DNA of 64,000 bases, taken from positions 186,001 to 250,000 of the IMG/VR virus record IMGVR_UViG_3300024239_000011; one strand, 5' to 3'. The notes under the pieces were generated by a model, which saw only the letters and a list, made by a program, of their open reading frames with translations, was not told the origin of the DNA and made no database searches. Below, piece after piece: positions 1 through 9,326 of the stretch (its first letter is position 1; each line of letters starts with the position of its first letter). Position numbers and translations under genes: made by a program.

Positions 1-274
1 AGGACGGTCATAAACCTCATTGATGATGTGCCACACCCGCTGTTTTGGTTTGGCATCATCAGGAAGAAATGCTGTTATCTGACAAATTTCTTCCCATAAA
101 TCAGGATCGCGTTTGGATAAATACCGAATAGCAGACCGATTGTTATAGCCATTTTCGTATTGCGCAAGATATGCGGACAATTTTGCAAGAACATCCATAC
201 TTCATCTCCGTCTGTTGATGAAGTATTTATCCAATTATAAAAGTCATATCAATTTTTAATATGTTTTCTTCAAA

Positions 275-1060
275 TTACCCGATAAGCAGCCCATATCCTT
301 CTGAACCATCAATGTAGTTCTTCAGTTCCTCTTCCAATTTTTCAAGCTCAGCCATTGCTTCCGATTTGAGGGCATCACCGGGAAGTGATGTTCCGCCTTG
401 CGGACCAACAATCGTCTGGAACTTTGCATAGGCGGTACCAAGCATCAATTTGGCTTGGGCGAGGGCAAAACTGCGAATCCAAGGACGCGCATAGTCATCA
501 TTGAAAATTTCGACCTCGGGACGGAATGTATAAATCCACAGAACCGCAGTTTCAGGCGTATGGATTTGGCGATGGACCGTCAATTGTCGGGTGGTTGGGT
601 TCCAGTGATAATTTAAATCACGCCCAAATAACCGCCCCGCAACTTCTTGAAACTGATGAAACAGATCAAAAGTAAGAAGTCCTCCTTGCCGCCCCGCATC
701 CCGTAGATAAAGGTTGGTATAAGACATTGCAAATGGATCGATCTGGGAGCCACCAGTCTGTCCGCCGATACCACGTCGAAGAATCTGGCGAACTTCTTTG
801 ACCTCGCGAGGCAGTATATATACCTGTTGATCAGGCTGAAGCTCAATAAAGCTGAATTTCTCTTCAACGGAATTACTAGCACGCTGACGGTACCGATCAA
901 GAGCAAGATCGATAGCAAGGTCGTAATGTTCGGGGTCGAGTTCAATATCGACCATACCGCCACCCAGCATCATACCGAGTTCGGTTATCAATTTTTCACG
1001 GTTATAGATATAACCATGAAGCTCTTGGTCATGATTACCGGGCGTGGTCGTGGTCGTCAT
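275..1060 (-). CDS. Neck/head completion protein (T4 gp13-like)
   Basis: 261 aa; LGGGMVDIELDPEHY...A(K)F..I.GPQGG.SL.G..LK.EA pattern recalled from gp13-like neck proteins; TAAATA promoter at ~1088-1093 (minus); next to gp14/gp15-like genes. Confidence 0.8.
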   Translation of the reverse strand: MTTTTTPGNHDQELHGYIYNREKLITELGMMLGGGMVDIELDPEHYDLAIDLALDRYRQRASNSVEEKFSFIELQPDQQVYILPREVKEVRQILRRGIGGQTGGSQIDPFAMSYTNLYLRDAGRQGGLLTFDLFHQFQEVAGRLFGRDLNYHWNPTTRQLTVHRQIHTPETAVLWIYTFRPEVEIFNDDYARPWIRSFALAQAKLMLGTAYAKFQTIVGPQGGTSLPGDALKSEAMAELEKLEEELKNYIDGSEGYGLLIG

Positions 1061-1123
1061 CGCGTTTCCCTTATATTACCTGAATGTATTTATAGGCAGT
1101 AGGGGTTTGCGATGACGATAGTA

Positions 1124-1834
1124 TTACTTCGTCAACCCGTCCAAGTATGTGGAAATTTGCTGTACCAATCGCCCAAACTCATTGCGGCGACGAATCATAG
1201 TTGACCGCATGGTACCTTGTGCAATCATCGTCTTGTACCCATCAGAAGTTTCGTTTGAATACATCGAGAACCGAGTTTCAATGGTAGATAGAACCTCTTT
1301 AACTTGATCCTTAGTTGCCCCCTCAATGGATAGCAGCTTAACCGGAGCTTCGCGATCCTTGAGTAGTTTATCCCCATTTTCAACCAAGGCTATAATCTTG
1401 GTTGCCATATCTACCGGGGTAAGTTTCTTATCAGATTTCTCAATTACGGGCGAGGATACAACAACCTTGTTGTTTTTGATGGCTTCCTTTCCTTCGGTAA
1501 TGATCTCGTTGACTTTCGTTTCGAGCCATTTTTTAGTATCTTCGGTTAGTGGAAAATCATGCTGCTCAAGATAAGCAACCTTACCGATTGTTGTGTAACG
1601 CCAATCCTCAAGCGCACCAAAAGCGTTCTTGGGTTCGATTTTATGATCGCGGGCATACCGTAGGGCATGTGTTTTCAGGGTTTTTGCATCCAACGTTTCT
1701 TGAAGTACACTCAGGCAACGTAGGTACAGTTGACGGTAATTCGGGCTTTTCACCGTTACCCCAGAAAAATCAGGCAATCCCTTCATATCGTCCCTCGTTT
1801 GGTATTGAAAATTGAAGGGTAGCGAAACACTCAC
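1124..1834 (-). CDS. Hypothetical protein
   Basis: 236-aa ORF filling the gap, no recognisable motif. Confidence 0.6.
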   Translation of the reverse strand: MSVSLPFNFQYQTRDDMKGLPDFSGVTVKSPNYRQLYLRCLSVLQETLDAKTLKTHALRYARDHKIEPKNAFGALEDWRYTTIGKVAYLEQHDFPLTEDTKKWLETKVNEIITEGKEAIKNNKVVVSSPVIEKSDKKLTPVDMATKIIALVENGDKLLKDREAPVKLLSIEGATKDQVKEVLSTIETRFSMYSNETSDGYKTMIAQGTMRSTMIRRRNEFGRLVQQISTYLDGLTK

Positions 1835-1887
1835 CCCTATGTCAATTTTCCCAACAAGGGCTAAATACTTCTAAATGGGGGTGCCAT

Positions 1888-2352
1888 ATGGAGGAAATAA
1901 AGGGAATACTGGAAAATCCACTTACTGTCGGATATTTTTCCGCCATTTTGAGTTTAATTATTGGGTTGATTGTCAAAGATATCGCAATCAATTTTGTTTC
2001 CGGGCTTATGTTTTTCCTCGATAAAAATTTCACCGAAGGTGATACCGTTTACATTGACGGTCATAAGGCTGTTATTAGTAAAATTGGTATCAAAATGACG
2101 GTATTTACAATGAATAATGGTCGCGGGTTGACGTGGCGTTTTGTTCCCAATTCAAAAATCCGTGATCTTGAATTGGAAAAGGTCGTTATTCCCAAAGAAA
2201 CACAACTTATCCCAGAAATGCAGCGTAAAATAACAGATATGGAAGATTTCCTTGAACGGGCGCATGCAGAATTCCGAAAGGAAGTCGCAGAGCGTGAACG
2301 CAAAATAGAAGAAAAAGCCAGGGAAGCTCTTGAAAAAGGAGGGTCAGTTTAA
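1888..2352 (+). CDS. Small MscS-like (mechanosensitive channel domain) membrane protein
   Basis: TM helix, then NFVSGL...F..GD.V.IDG..A.I..IG, typical of the MscS beta domain; CTAAATA promoter at 1861. Confidence 0.6.
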   Translation: MEEIKGILENPLTVGYFSAILSLIIGLIVKDIAINFVSGLMFFLDKNFTEGDTVYIDGHKAVISKIGIKMTVFTMNNGRGLTWRFVPNSKIRDLELEKVVIPKETQLIPEMQRKITDMEDFLERAHAEFRKEVAERERKIEEKAREALEKGGSV

Positions 2353-3440
2353 TGTCTAGACTGTCACTATGGCGCAAACAAAAAGGTAACGATTATAATT
2401 TTATTGATCGTACATCCGCAGAACAATTCACCGTAGGCGGGGTAAGTGTCTATATCCACAAATATATAGGACCGTATACCGAGGAAGGTATAAACGAAGA
2501 AGAAGCGTTCTTAGCACCAAAAAATATAAATCAAGCCAAAGCCCCAGAGACATGGATACAGGATTTGCTTTTCATGGAGAACCGTGACCGCAAATACGAC
2601 CCACACATCTATGAACTTCGTGGACATTTCACGGTACAAGACAACGATTTCGATCTTTCACAATTTGGTCTAATGCTATCGAACGACAATATCTACATCA
2701 CGTTCCATCTAAACACAATGATCGATCAGATCGGACGAAAATTAATGTCAGGTGATGTGGTTGAACTACCAAATATGCGCGAAGATGCTATGTTAGATGA
2801 TACCGCAGATGCCATCAACAAATTCTATGTAATTGACGATGCAAACTATGCCGCCGAAGGATATAGCCCATTATGGTATCGCCATTTATGGCGTTGTACA
2901 TGTAAACCTCTTAAGGATAGCCCCGAATTTCGCGACATCCTTGGTACCGGTGAGAAGAAAGACGATCTCAAGAACCTGTTATCCACTTATGCGAAAGACA
3001 TTGCATTAAGCGATTTGTTGATAGAAGCTGCTGAAGCAGAATCACCAATGCGGAATTTTGAAACTGCCCATTTCTATGTCATCCCAGGTGATGACAGTAT
3101 TGGACGTATTCAGCAACCATCAATATGGTCGGGAGATGGCAAGCCGCCAAATGGCGCCGAACCAGTTGGGAGCGGTAAAATGTTTCCGTCCAATGCCCAT
3201 ATGGGTGATTATTTCCTGCGTACTGATTACGAACCGCACGTTCTGTACAAAAAGGAAAAGAATGGTTGGTCACCGATTGAGGTGGACTATCGCCGCACGT
3301 GGTATGCAGCCCACCGCATACTTGAATCATTTGTTGGCTCTACCGATAGCCCTGACCAAACATGGGTTGATGACAAAGGCAAAACTGTTACAGAACGACA
3401 GAATCTCAAAAAAGCGATCAAACCACGCAGTGACGTATGA
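2352..3440 (+). CDS. Neck protein (T4 gp14-like)
   Basis: MSRLSLW..KGNDY.FIDR, IQDLLFMENRDRKYD, DFDLSQFGL motifs; lies between gp13 and gp15 homologues. Confidence 0.75.
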   Translation: MSRLSLWRKQKGNDYNFIDRTSAEQFTVGGVSVYIHKYIGPYTEEGINEEEAFLAPKNINQAKAPETWIQDLLFMENRDRKYDPHIYELRGHFTVQDNDFDLSQFGLMLSNDNIYITFHLNTMIDQIGRKLMSGDVVELPNMREDAMLDDTADAINKFYVIDDANYAAEGYSPLWYRHLWRCTCKPLKDSPEFRDILGTGEKKDDLKNLLSTYAKDIALSDLLIEAAEAESPMRNFETAHFYVIPGDDSIGRIQQPSIWSGDGKPPNGAEPVGSGKMFPSNAHMGDYFLRTDYEPHVLYKKEKNGWSPIEVDYRRTWYAAHRILESFVGSTDSPDQTWVDDKGKTVTERQNLKKAIKPRSDV

Positions 3441-4329
3441 TGTCATCTACCTCGGTATAATTCTTGTCTTTCACATACACCCAGGTGTAACCAGCAGCCT
3501 CGACTAACTGTCGTTTAATGGCGGTTGTGCCTGGGTTATTTTTCTCCTGAAGTTTCTCTACATACCACGACTTGATCTCCACCACGTACTTTCCAAACAA
3601 GATAAAGTCAGCGATATAGAACACCCCAGCATCGGTAAACACAGGACCGTTCCCAATGTGATCATGGGTCAAACCGTGAATATCAAAACAGCGGGTGAGG
3701 AAATCAAGCTCATAACTGGATTGGTACAGCAGATCGGTGTCTCGAAATGGTTTTTGCTTAAAAACATTACGGTCTTTATCACTCAAAGTCTTTATCATAC
3801 TTTCAATCATTTTCTGCTTCGATTCTGGATTGAAAATAGGATTAAATTTTGAAGAGTGCATACGGTCAGATCGCCGTTTCTGATCATCCGACCCCTCATA
3901 CCGGGTATCGAAATAATCGCGAACCCGTTCGTTAAGATCAGTCGTCGCATGCTGTTTTTTCGCCTTTTCACTTAGGCGCTGACGTTCTGCATCAAACCGA
4001 TCAGAATTGCGAAAACGCCACCACCCTTCGCGTTGTTTATCCATAAAATTAGGATCATTTGCGCGCACTTGAAGGAATTCTTGACGTTTCCGTTCTTTAT
4101 CATCTTCTGTCCACATTTTCTTATATGCAGAACGCATTTCGTGAGAGATCAATGGCGCATCGGGAAACCGAGAAAGGTATTCGTCCCGTGTCGTTCCAAT
4201 CGATTTGAAATACTTGTTAGTCAGCCGCTTATACTGATTTCCAGTAAACAAACAGGTAATTACCGCTGGTGTATGATCTGGGTAAGTAATATCCACCGTT
4301 TTTGGGTCGGGACCGCCATAAATAGACAT
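3418..4329 (-). CDS. Free-standing homing-type endonuclease (C-terminal PD-(D/E)XK domain)
   Basis: YQSSYE...YIADF...VVEIKS nuclease motif with basic N-terminal DNA-binding region; antisense insertion between gp14 and gp15; ATG 4329 follows a GAGGTG RBS. Confidence 0.7.
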   Translation of the reverse strand: MSIYGGPDPKTVDITYPDHTPAVITCLFTGNQYKRLTNKYFKSIGTTRDEYLSRFPDAPLISHEMRSAYKKMWTEDDKERKRQEFLQVRANDPNFMDKQREGWWRFRNSDRFDAERQRLSEKAKKQHATTDLNERVRDYFDTRYEGSDDQKRRSDRMHSSKFNPIFNPESKQKMIESMIKTLSDKDRNVFKQKPFRDTDLLYQSSYELDFLTRCFDIHGLTHDHIGNGPVFTDAGVFYIADFILFGKYVVEIKSWYVEKLQEKNNPGTTAIKRQLVEAAGYTWVYVKDKNYTEVDDIIRHCVV

Positions 4330-4427
4330 ATAACACCTCACAGATTTCCGCTGTGAGTATTTATCTTTTGCTATTACGGGCAAATATGTGGTTTGGGTCC
4401 GGTGACCAAAATATGGAGGAAAATCAA

Positions 4428-5798
4428 GTGGCTAACCTTAATTTTTGGTATTCTGGGCAAATTAGGTCGTATATGCTTCAGTTCCTTCGCGTCTTCGCGG
4501 GGTTCCAGATCAAGACGGGGAAGGGCAAAGATGGCACCGAGACATTCATCAAGGTTCCAATTCGCTACTCGGATATGAGCCGTCAAGTTGGACATATTCT
4601 GCGTGAAAACAGCGAAAACATGATGTTATCGTGCCCGTTCATGACTGCGCATTTAACTGAAATTAGCCCTTCGGCGGAACGGCGCCAAACACCGAACCAT
4701 GTTAGTACGGTTCAAGTCACCGAACGCTATCATGACGATGGGTCAAACCAATATACCAACAAAATCGGTCAGGCATACTCAGTGGAACGTTTTATGCCGG
4801 TCCCCTACGATTTGGGCATGGAATTGAACATCTGGACATCGAACACTGACCAGAAACTTCAATTGCTTGAACAACTACTGGTTCTGTTCAACCCGTCCCT
4901 CGACCTTCAGACTTCGAACAACCCTGTGGATTGGTCCGCGTTGACCCTGATCGAGTTGGAATCAATCTCATGGTCGAGCCGCAGCATTCCGCAAGGTGCG
5001 TCGGAAGAAATCGACATAGCCACTTTGTCGTTCAAAATGCCGATATGGCTGAACCCACCGGCCAAGGTCAAGCGTCAGAAGATTATCCAACAGATCGTTA
5101 TGAACCTGATGGAGCATCCCACCATGCTAGACGCAGAACCGGGGGATATCCCGAACTGGACTGCGGACACCAAGCTCGATGCTCGGGTAGTGATCTCGCC
5201 AAATCAGTATCGCATTCGTCTCGAAGGCGATATCGTCACGCTTCTCGACTTCGCCGGAAACGAAAAGGGAGACGATGGTAAGGTATTCGAATGGTCCCCG
5301 CTTCTCGATCAGTATGGACAATACGAAGAAAGTGTATCGCAGATCGTTATTCGTACTTCGACCGACTACGATAACTTCGAGAACAATATCATTGGAACGA
5401 TCAAACTGATCCCGAACCAACCGAACAAGCTTCGGTGGACGGTCGATCCCGAAACGGTGCCGCGTGAAACCATCAAGAACATTCACGCGATCATCGACCC
5501 CCATAAGAACTACCCAGGAAAAGGTTTGCCCGCTCCATCGGTCGGTCAACGGTATCTGCTGCTTGATGAAATCGGACCCTGCGAAGCGTGGGGGAATATC
5601 GCCGCAAGTGCCAACGACATTATCGAATTCACCGGGGCACGCTGGGAGGTATATTTCAACTCAAACCAAATTCGAGAAACCCATATAGTCAAAAACTCAA
5701 ACCCAAACAGTCTAAAACACTACAAATGGAATGGACAGGAATGGGATGAATTAATCAACGGAGAATATTTCCCCGGCTCATGGCGCATCTTTCTGTAA
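4428..5798 (+). CDS. Tail completion/sheath stabiliser (T4 gp15-like) with C-terminal extension
   Basis: FWYSGQIRSY.LQF, VPIRY, MPVPYDL...IWTSNTDQKLQLLEQ.LVLFNPS; GTG start after GGAGG. Confidence 0.8.
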   Translation: MANLNFWYSGQIRSYMLQFLRVFAGFQIKTGKGKDGTETFIKVPIRYSDMSRQVGHILRENSENMMLSCPFMTAHLTEISPSAERRQTPNHVSTVQVTERYHDDGSNQYTNKIGQAYSVERFMPVPYDLGMELNIWTSNTDQKLQLLEQLLVLFNPSLDLQTSNNPVDWSALTLIELESISWSSRSIPQGASEEIDIATLSFKMPIWLNPPAKVKRQKIIQQIVMNLMEHPTMLDAEPGDIPNWTADTKLDARVVISPNQYRIRLEGDIVTLLDFAGNEKGDDGKVFEWSPLLDQYGQYEESVSQIVIRTSTDYDNFENNIIGTIKLIPNQPNKLRWTVDPETVPRETIKNIHAIIDPHKNYPGKGLPAPSVGQRYLLLDEIGPCEAWGNIAASANDIIEFTGARWEVYFNSNQIRETHIVKNSNPNSLKHYKWNGQEWDELINGEYFPGSWRIFL

Positions 5799-5803
5799 CT
5801 AAA

Positions 5804-5965
5804 CGGAACTATCGCATCAGATCAGGTAAACACCATTTGAGCGATATTCCTGTTTCAACGACACGTAGCTGATCAAGCCGTGAGCGACTTGATCCCGGCA
5901 GAGGTATCTCCACAGGCGGTGACGCCGCTAGGCGTCGGTTCGGGCATTCCTTGCCCTACCAAATA
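5804..5965 (-). ncRNA. Putative TnpB omega/reRNA scaffold
   Basis: Minus strand has GGGCAAGGAATGCCC hairpin and CGCCTGTGGAGA...TGAAACAGGAA complementarity, typical of tnpB 3' ends; boundaries approximate. Confidence 0.55.
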
Positions 5966-7048
5966 TTCAAATCCCCAACGCTTGATGTTCAAAGACGCAT
6001 TCGCGTCTCTGTCCATGACCAAACCGCAATTGGGGCAGTTGTAGGTTCGCTGGTTCAGCGGCATTTTCTGCCGATGATCACAGCAAGAACAGACCTGACT
6101 ACTGGGATCAAAGCGGTCAATTTGGACGAAATGCTTTCCCTGCCAGACCGCCTTGTAGGTGAACTGGCGTAGAATTTCGCCCCAACTGGCGTCGGCTATC
6201 GCCTTCGCCAAATTGTGGTTTCGCATCAATCCTTTGATGTTCAGGTTTTCGGCACAAATCACGCTGTAGGTCTTGGTTATCGAACTGGTGAATTTGTGGA
6301 TCAGGTCGGCTCTCTGATTTCGCACCTTGCGGTGTTGGCGGTAGAGCCGTAATTGGCATTTCTTTCGGTTCTGGCTGTCCTTACGAGCTTTGCTCAGACG
6401 GCGTTGCAAGCGGCGTAGCCGCTTCTGTGCCTTCCGCAGATGACGGGGATTGGCGACCACCTCGCCGTCACTGGTCACGACCAGTTCCTTCAGACCGAGG
6501 TCAATACCCACTGTGCTGTCCAAATCGGGAGCGATTGGCTGGTCGGGTATGTCAATCTCACAGACCACACTAATGTACCAATTATTGCCGTCTTGGCTCA
6601 CCGTGGCGGATAACGGACGCCCCTCGGGCAGCCGTCCAGCACGGAACCGCATCGATTCCATCTTTGGTAAATGGACGACATGATCACCAATGGCGAAGGA
6701 TTGGTTGGTCAAATAGAACGAATCACGTAAATTCGATTTCTTCTTGAACCGAGGGAAGCCCTTGCCGCCCTTGAAACATGCCTTCAAGGCACCATCAAGG
6801 TTTCTGGCGACCCGTTGAAGTGAACAAGCTGGTGCCGCCCCGAGCCAATCCGTCTCATTCTTCATCAACGGCAACATCTTTGCCATGTCTGCGTAAAAGA
6901 AGAATTTTTTCTCAGCCGCGTAGCGGTCTTGGTTCAGGTGGAGCAGATGGTTCCACAGCCAACGGCAATTGCCACCAAATTGCTTGAGTTGTTCGGTCTG
7001 GTTGCGAGTTGGATAAAGTCGTAGTTTGAATGCTTTCTGTGTTTTCAT
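5873..7048 (-). CDS. tnpB: RNA-guided endonuclease TnpB (IS200/IS605 OrfB family)
   Basis: KAFKLRLYPT N-terminus, GFPRFKKK, RuvC-I GIDLG, RuvC-II AENL, Zn finger CSCC..CPNCG, RuvC-III DRDANAS; catalytic D/E/D intact. Confidence 0.95.
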   Translation of the reverse strand: MKTQKAFKLRLYPTRNQTEQLKQFGGNCRWLWNHLLHLNQDRYAAEKKFFFYADMAKMLPLMKNETDWLGAAPACSLQRVARNLDGALKACFKGGKGFPRFKKKSNLRDSFYLTNQSFAIGDHVVHLPKMESMRFRAGRLPEGRPLSATVSQDGNNWYISVVCEIDIPDQPIAPDLDSTVGIDLGLKELVVTSDGEVVANPRHLRKAQKRLRRLQRRLSKARKDSQNRKKCQLRLYRQHRKVRNQRADLIHKFTSSITKTYSVICAENLNIKGLMRNHNLAKAIADASWGEILRQFTYKAVWQGKHFVQIDRFDPSSQVCSCCDHRQKMPLNQRTYNCPNCGLVMDRDANASLNIKRWGFEYLVGQGMPEPTPSGVTACGDTSAGIKSLTA

Positions 7049-7217
7049 CTGCTAAATACCAATGCGGGACAGCCCCATACATCTGCTGGGGTTTCATCGG
7101 GAGGTCGAAGGTCCGATGATTACCGCTACTTCTATTTAGCAAAAACGCTCAGTGGCAGTCGGTCAATCTATTGGGTCTACCTGATCTGATGCGATAGTCC
7201 CGTAACTAAATACGGTC

Positions 7218-7709
7218 ATGAAAATCGCATCATTATCCAAAGCTGATTGGAATCCACGCATCTACCTCGACCTAGACGGGGTGGTAGCGGACCTCCGAAA
7301 CGCCATCGAAACCAGAACCGGGCAACTACTGGAAAGTGTTTCTAAACGAACCATTCTCCAAGTAATTCTTGAGACGCCGAATTTCTGGGGAAGGTTGAAG
7401 AAAACAAATGATTGTGACGTATTATGGGAATATCTCAAGTCTCACAAACCAACTATTCTAACTGGAAAAGTCTCAGCCGATCCTCTGTGTGAAACCGGTA
7501 AACGGTTATGGGTTTTTGAAAACCTTGGAACCGAGGATGTTATTGTAACCAAAGGCGTTCTCAAACATACCTTCGGCAAACCCGGTGATATACTAATCGA
7601 TGACACGGAACGCAATATCAGATTGTGGCGTGAAATGGGTGGTATTGGAATTTTACACACCAGCGCAGCAGAAACCATTATCGAATTAAAGAAAATCGGC
7701 GTGCGTTGA
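7218..7709 (+). CDS. HAD-family 5'(3')-deoxyribonucleotidase
   Basis: YLDLDGV, ILTG, K..W, LIDD...NI..W...GGIGILH. Confidence 0.85.
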   Translation: MKIASLSKADWNPRIYLDLDGVVADLRNAIETRTGQLLESVSKRTILQVILETPNFWGRLKKTNDCDVLWEYLKSHKPTILTGKVSADPLCETGKRLWVFENLGTEDVIVTKGVLKHTFGKPGDILIDDTERNIRLWREMGGIGILHTSAAETIIELKKIGVR

Positions 7710-7761
7710 TTGACAGTGTAACAAATAATCGGTATATTCGGCTCTCTTAAACGAGGGACAA

Positions 7762-8979
7762 ATGACCTACATCACCAGTGACGAATTCCACGCCATCATT
7801 ACCCCTGCGACGGTTCGTATCAGCAAGCTGTTTGAGCAAGCTGGGTTCGACATCCGTATCGTCGGTGGAGCCGTGCGTGATTCGCTGCTCCGAGTGATGC
7901 CAAAGGATGTGGACTTCGCGACCAACGCGACCCCCGAAGAAATGATTCGGTTGATGGTTGCCGCTGATCTGTACGTGATCGGCGTCACGGAGTCCCTGCG
8001 GCGTGGTAAGACTCTGAATGAAATCATCGCGCGTATCGATGATATTCCGGGTATCCAGCATGGCACCGTGAGTGCGGTCATCAATGGTGAAACCTTCGAA
8101 ATCACCACGCTGCGATATGACATGGAAACGACCGGTCGGCATGCTAAAGTGGCATTTCATCGGTCGTTCCCGGAAGATGCCAAGCGTCGTGATTTCCGGT
8201 TCAATGCCATGTACGCCAGCATGGACGGGGAACTGCACGACTACGTTGGCGGTAAAGACGATCTCGACCAACAAGTTGTCCGGTTCGTTGGCGCCCCATC
8301 GCAGCGCATTAGAGAAGACTACCTGCGCATCTTGCGGTACTTCCGTTTTGCGGCGCGATTGGGGTTCTCCTTCGATGACGCGGCTGACGCGGCAATCGCA
8401 TACAACGTTGCGGGTCTGACGACCATCAGCGGCGAGCGCATCTGGGCGGAAATGTCCAAACTGTTCATGTATCGTGACCCGGTGAAATACCTGTTGCACA
8501 TGCATGCTCTGGGTGTAACCGAGGCAATCCAGTTGCCGGTGGATATGGATCAGGTGCGGGTGGTGTCCGAGTTCGCTACGTCGCCCGTGTCGGTACTGGC
8601 GGCATCGCTGCGTTCGGTTAGCGAGGTCGATACCCTGGCTGCCAGATGGAAGCTGAGCGGCGTTGAACGCAACTTGGCAGCATTCTTGGTGCAATATCGT
8701 GACGACCGGGTTGGGTTGCGGACTGCCCAGGATATGGTGGTCGATGGTGCCAACCACGACTTCGTTGCTGAACTACTGCGGGTCGGTGGACGTGTTGCCG
8801 AAGCGGATACGTTGGTTGGTTGGGTAACCCCCAAGTTCCCGGTTTCCGGCGCCGATCTGATGGCTTTGGGTATGAAACAAGGCAAAGAACTGGGTGATGC
8901 CTTGAAAAGCATGAAAGAACGCTGGAAACGCAGCGACTTTCAACTGTCCAAGGACGAACTGATGGCTGGCGGGGTTTAA
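7762..8979 (+). CDS. cca: Class II tRNA nucleotidyltransferase (CCA-adding enzyme)
   Basis: VGGAVRD.L....KDVDFAT, EITTLR, DAKRRDF..NA, RIREDYLRILRYFRF, ISGERIW; sigma70-like promoter TTGACA..TATATT at 7711-7738. Confidence 0.9.
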   Translation: MTYITSDEFHAIITPATVRISKLFEQAGFDIRIVGGAVRDSLLRVMPKDVDFATNATPEEMIRLMVAADLYVIGVTESLRRGKTLNEIIARIDDIPGIQHGTVSAVINGETFEITTLRYDMETTGRHAKVAFHRSFPEDAKRRDFRFNAMYASMDGELHDYVGGKDDLDQQVVRFVGAPSQRIREDYLRILRYFRFAARLGFSFDDAADAAIAYNVAGLTTISGERIWAEMSKLFMYRDPVKYLLHMHALGVTEAIQLPVDMDQVRVVSEFATSPVSVLAASLRSVSEVDTLAARWKLSGVERNLAAFLVQYRDDRVGLRTAQDMVVDGANHDFVAELLRVGGRVAEADTLVGWVTPKFPVSGADLMALGMKQGKELGDALKSMKERWKRSDFQLSKDELMAGGV

Positions 8980-8994
8980 CCCGCCAGCTTTTTT
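8965..8994 (+). terminator. Rho-independent terminator
   Basis: GCTGGCGGG-loop-CCCGCCAGC followed by T6. Confidence 0.85.
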
Positions 8995-9030
8995 ATTGGT
9001 CTACGTGTCAATATGGCGTAGGTTGCACCA

Positions 9031-9243
9031 ATGAAATGCAATCACTGTAACCTTGATTCGTCCGATTCCGGCTTCCGTATGAATGTACGGGATGGTGGAC
9101 CGATGTATTGGCGCCGTACCTCTGAAGGCATCATGCAGGCGTTTTGCTCCCCACATTGCAGCACCTCGCAACAACTCACCGACCGGGGTGAAGAAGTTCC
9201 TTCGTGGATTGCCGAACAACGAAAAATGTATGCTGCTAAATAA
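9031..9243 (+). CDS. Small Zn-finger-like protein
   Basis: CNHC...FCSPHC. Confidence 0.5.
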   Translation: MKCNHCNLDSSDSGFRMNVRDGGPMYWRRTSEGIMQAFCSPHCSTSQQLTDRGEEVPSWIAEQRKMYAAK

Positions 9244-9326
9244 TCTCGGCTGAAATGCCACGAACCGTAGGCAGTAAGTCCCTCGCGTCAGAGGGCGGGA
9301 AGTCCTACACGATCAGGAGAAACATC

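Larger units (their letters stand above)
5804..7202 (-). mobile_element. Non-autonomous TIR/TSD-bounded element carrying tnpB
   Basis: 28-bp inverted repeats at 5804-5831 and 7175-7202 (26/28 match), flanked by direct repeat TAACTAAA at 5796-5803 and 7203-7210; no transposase inside. Confidence 0.85.
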
